Assembly: GCA_029261895.1 (NCBI GenBank) | Contig: JAJDAK010000011.1 | Span: 3,424 to 67,423 of the forward strand | Reading direction: 5' to 3' | Origin: Deltaproteobacteria bacterium | GTDB lineage: Bacteria > Myxococcota_A > UBA9160 > SZUA-336 | DNA length: 64,000 nucleotides | Shown: piece by piece, positions 62,634-64,000 of the stretch | Numbering within the stretch: position 1 is the stretch's first letter | Layout: the number at the start of each line of letters is the position of its first letter | Notes under the pieces: model-generated | What the model was told of the DNA's origin: nothing | Databases searched by the model: none | What the model saw: the letters and a program-made list of their open reading frames with translations, nothing else | Position numbers and translations under genes: made by a program

Positions 62634-63038
62634 ATGACAATCGGACAAGTGGCCAAGCAGACCGGTGTCGGTATCGAGACCGTTCGCTTCTACGAGCGCG
62701 AGCGGATGATTCCCAAGCCGCCTCGTCGGTCTTCCGGGTACCGCGCCTATCCGCTGGAAACCATTGCTCGCGTGGCATTTATCCGCAACGCGAAGGAGCT
62801 GGGCTTCTCGCTGCGAGAAATTCGGGAACTACTCTCCCTCCACGTGGACTCGCGCGCAAACTGCAAAGCGGTAAAGCAAAGGGGCGAAGAGAAAATCGAG
62901 GATATCAACAGCAAGCTCCGACGCCTTCAACGCATGAAACGCGAACTCACCAAACTCTTGCATGCATGCAATGAGCGGCAGCCAACTGGCCCCTGCCCAC
63001 TCCTCGATGCGCTCGACCACAAAGACCTCGGCCTTTAG
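62634..63038 (+). CDS. merR: MerR-family metalloregulator with the mercury-type three-cysteine site
   Basis: ORF track 62613..63038 (TTG). The ATG at 62634 gives MTIGQVAKQTGVGIETVRFYERERMIPKP. Cys77, Cys112 and Cys121 (RANC ... LLHAC-x8-CPLLD) are spaced exactly as Cys82/117/126 in Tn501 MerR. Confidence 0.8.
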   Translation: MTIGQVAKQTGVGIETVRFYERERMIPKPPRRSSGYRAYPLETIARVAFIRNAKELGFSLREIRELLSLHVDSRANCKAVKQRGEEKIEDINSKLRRLQRMKRELTKLLHACNERQPTGPCPLLDALDHKDLGL

Positions 63039-63046
63039 ACGGTGCG

Positions 63047-63253
63047 ATGATGGAAATAACATCAACCATCACCTGCCCGCATTGTCAGCATACGAAGGTC
63101 GAGGAAATGCCGACGAACAGTTGCCTCTTCTTTTACGAGTGTGCCGGTTGCCAGCGTCGGTTAAAGCCGAAGTCGGGAGACTGTTGCGTATTTTGCTCGT
63201 ACGGAACTATTCGCTGTCCACCAAAACAACAGGAAGAAGGGTCCGACACATGA
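63047..63253 (+). CDS. Small Cys-rich GDCCVxC-motif protein (68 aa, 9 Cys)
   Basis: CPHC...CLFFYECAGC...SGDCCVFCSYG...CP. Starts 8 nt after the merR stop. Confidence 0.65.
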   Translation: MMEITSTITCPHCQHTKVEEMPTNSCLFFYECAGCQRRLKPKSGDCCVFCSYGTIRCPPKQQEEGSDT

Positions 63254-63633
63254 CGAGTTCCATCACAGCACTGGATTGGGTCGCTCGAAGGCGCAGCTGG
63301 TTTCTGTTTTGGGGTGCACCCTCGATTGCAATCGCGGTTTCTGTCGTAGTGACATCAGATCAAATGACGCTAGGAATCATCTGGAGTGCAGCATTACTTC
63401 TTATGAGCGGTGCGTGCTTGATGAACGCTCGTCGCTGCGGCCGCCTGCACTGCTACCTCACCGGCCCATTTTTCCTCGTGATGGCTCTACTGTCGATGGC
63501 GGAGGGATTGGGGATCATCTCCCTCGGCCCCCACGCATGGCCACGGCTTGGTGCGATCCTAGTCGCCGGTGGCGCTTTCCTTCACTTCGTCCCCGAAAAG
63601 CTCTGGGGCAAATATCGGCAGCGACAGGACTGA
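63250..63633 (+). CDS. 4-TM membrane protein with an intramembrane/loop Cys cluster (C-x7-C-x4-HC)
   Basis: ATG at about 63250 forms an ATGA overlap with the stop of the GDCCVxC gene (reading frame of ORF track 62962..63633). Sequence: MTSSITALDW...SGACLMNARRCGRLHCYLTGP.... Confidence 0.5.
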   Translation: MTSSITALDWVARRRSWFLFWGAPSIAIAVSVVVTSDQMTLGIIWSAALLLMSGACLMNARRCGRLHCYLTGPFFLVMALLSMAEGLGIISLGPHAWPRLGAILVAGGAFLHFVPEKLWGKYRQRQD

Positions 63634-63806
63634 CCCGACACTCACCGGCACATCCGCCGAGACCGAGTCACCCTGAAACCTGACCCGGGCTGGGGTGTGT
63701 CGATCATGGCATCACTTACTGATGCTCTTCCTCGGGATGCCTTCCTCAGATTCTTCCGTATGGATCCTATGGGACCCTTCGAGTAATGTGTTGATCGGAG
63801 GAACCC

Positions 63807-64000
63807 ATGTCCCACCAAGACATCGTTGAAGATTTACCCTTTAAGCTTGGACAACTCGACCACGTGGTGCTCCGGACAATCAACGTTCAGACGATGCTGG
63901 ATTTCTATGCTGCGCTCGGTTGCAACGTCGTGCGCAGCAGTGAGAAACTGGGTATGCATCAGCTAAGGGCCGGGTCCTCAATGATTGACATCGTCGACGC
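63807..64000 (+). CDS. VOC/glyoxalase-family protein. N-terminal part only, since it continues past the window end.
   Basis: MSHQDIVEDLPFKLGQLDHVVLRTINVQTMLDFYAALGCNVV... Confidence 0.5.
   Translation, partial: MSHQDIVEDLPFKLGQLDHVVLRTINVQTMLDFYAALGCNVVRSSEKLGMHQLRAGSSMIDIVD

Noticed and set aside
62930-63130. Possible frameshift in merR or the GDCCVxC gene, suspected while hand-translating across the line breaks near 62940 and 63120
   Set aside because: On re-reading the sequence lines, the frames are continuous and agree with the ORF track. The discrepancy was my transcription error. It does serve as a caveat that hand-indexed coordinates may be off by 1 nt.
63276-63683. 135-aa plus-strand ORF in a different frame from the 4-TM protein gene
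   Set aside because: Pro/Arg-rich nonsense composition. It overlaps the better-supported membrane protein frame, which is translationally coupled to the GDCCVxC gene.
1-64000. Search for CRISPR arrays, tRNA/rRNA genes, transposases, integrases, phage genes, toxin-antitoxin or other defence-system signatures
   Set aside because: I saw no direct-repeat/spacer arrays, no tRNA-like cloverleaf candidates in the few intergenic gaps, and no nuclease, helicase, recombinase or transposase motifs in any frame inspected. The window looks like core or accessory metabolic chromosome, not a mobile island.

Overview
High-GC (~60-65%), gene-dense bacterial window with about 59 protein-coding genes. Many neighbours overlap by 4 nt at ATGA or TTGA start-stop junctions, and several convergent pairs share overlapping stop codons. 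I found no rRNA, tRNA, CRISPR array, transposase or integrase. From the sequence it looks like a chromosomal catabolic region of an aerobic, probably marine proteobacterium. The taxonomy is an inference. It rests on the ECF sigma/DUF3619/DUF3106 operon, the DUF3604 protein, and the many P450, Rieske and CoA-transferase genes.

Content from left to right:
- A partial SAM methyltransferase, a standalone AICAR transformylase (PurH C-terminal domain only) and a PAS histidine kinase.
- A 1274-aa single-frame fusion of FGGY sugar kinase, D-2-hydroxyacid dehydrogenase, SCP2 lipid-binding domain and class II aldolase.
- A minus-strand operon: TetR regulator, SAM methyltransferase, HgcA-like corrinoid membrane protein fused to an HgcB-like ferredoxin. 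The HgcA-like part carries the cap-helix signature GINIWCAAAGG. The operon lies directly downstream of a TetR, cytochrome P450, Rieske oxygenase and amidohydrolase cluster.
- A roughly 20-kb island of beta-oxidation and steroid-like catabolism genes: Zn alcohol dehydrogenase, two CaiB/BaiF CoA-transferases, short-chain dehydrogenase, a secreted START-domain protein, acyl-CoA ligases, a MaoC hotdog hydratase, two amidohydrolases, a run of acyl-CoA dehydrogenase genes, two crotonases, and a hydantoinase A/B pair.
- A 1189-aa secreted protein combining a beta-propeller, a di-heme cytochrome c peroxidase-family domain and TSP3-type calcium repeats.
- An agmatine-deiminase-family gene, a phosphotriesterase-family gene, a DoxX-like gene and an HDOD gene.
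- A signal-peptide protein built from about 9 decapeptide repeats with a His-rich tail.
- A five-gene operon whose genes are joined by 4-nt overlaps or directly abutting stop-start codons: ECF sigma, DUF3619-like, DUF3106, small membrane protein, secreted DUF3604.
- A DsbA-like lipoprotein, a secreted alpha/beta hydrolase, a QueG/RdhA-like Fe-S protein fused to SCP2, a flavodoxin-like reductase, a sulfotransferase, a beta-helix protein, a second P450 followed by a Rieske protein with inverted domain order, an aldehyde dehydrogenase, a sodium:solute symporter and a D-aminoacylase.
- At the right edge, a MerR regulator with the Hg-type Cys triad (C-35-C-8-C spacing) followed by a small GDCCVxC Cys-rich protein and a 4-TM membrane protein.

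The most novel candidates are the fused HgcAB-like gene coupled to a methyltransferase in an oxygenase context, the four-domain fusion enzyme, and the minimal MerR/GDCCVxC/membrane module. A possible leader peptide plus terminator ahead of the START-domain gene is also worth a look. Coordinates that I indexed by hand (small ORFs, palindromes, promoters) may be off by 1-2 nt. CDS ends are taken from the supplied ORF track.
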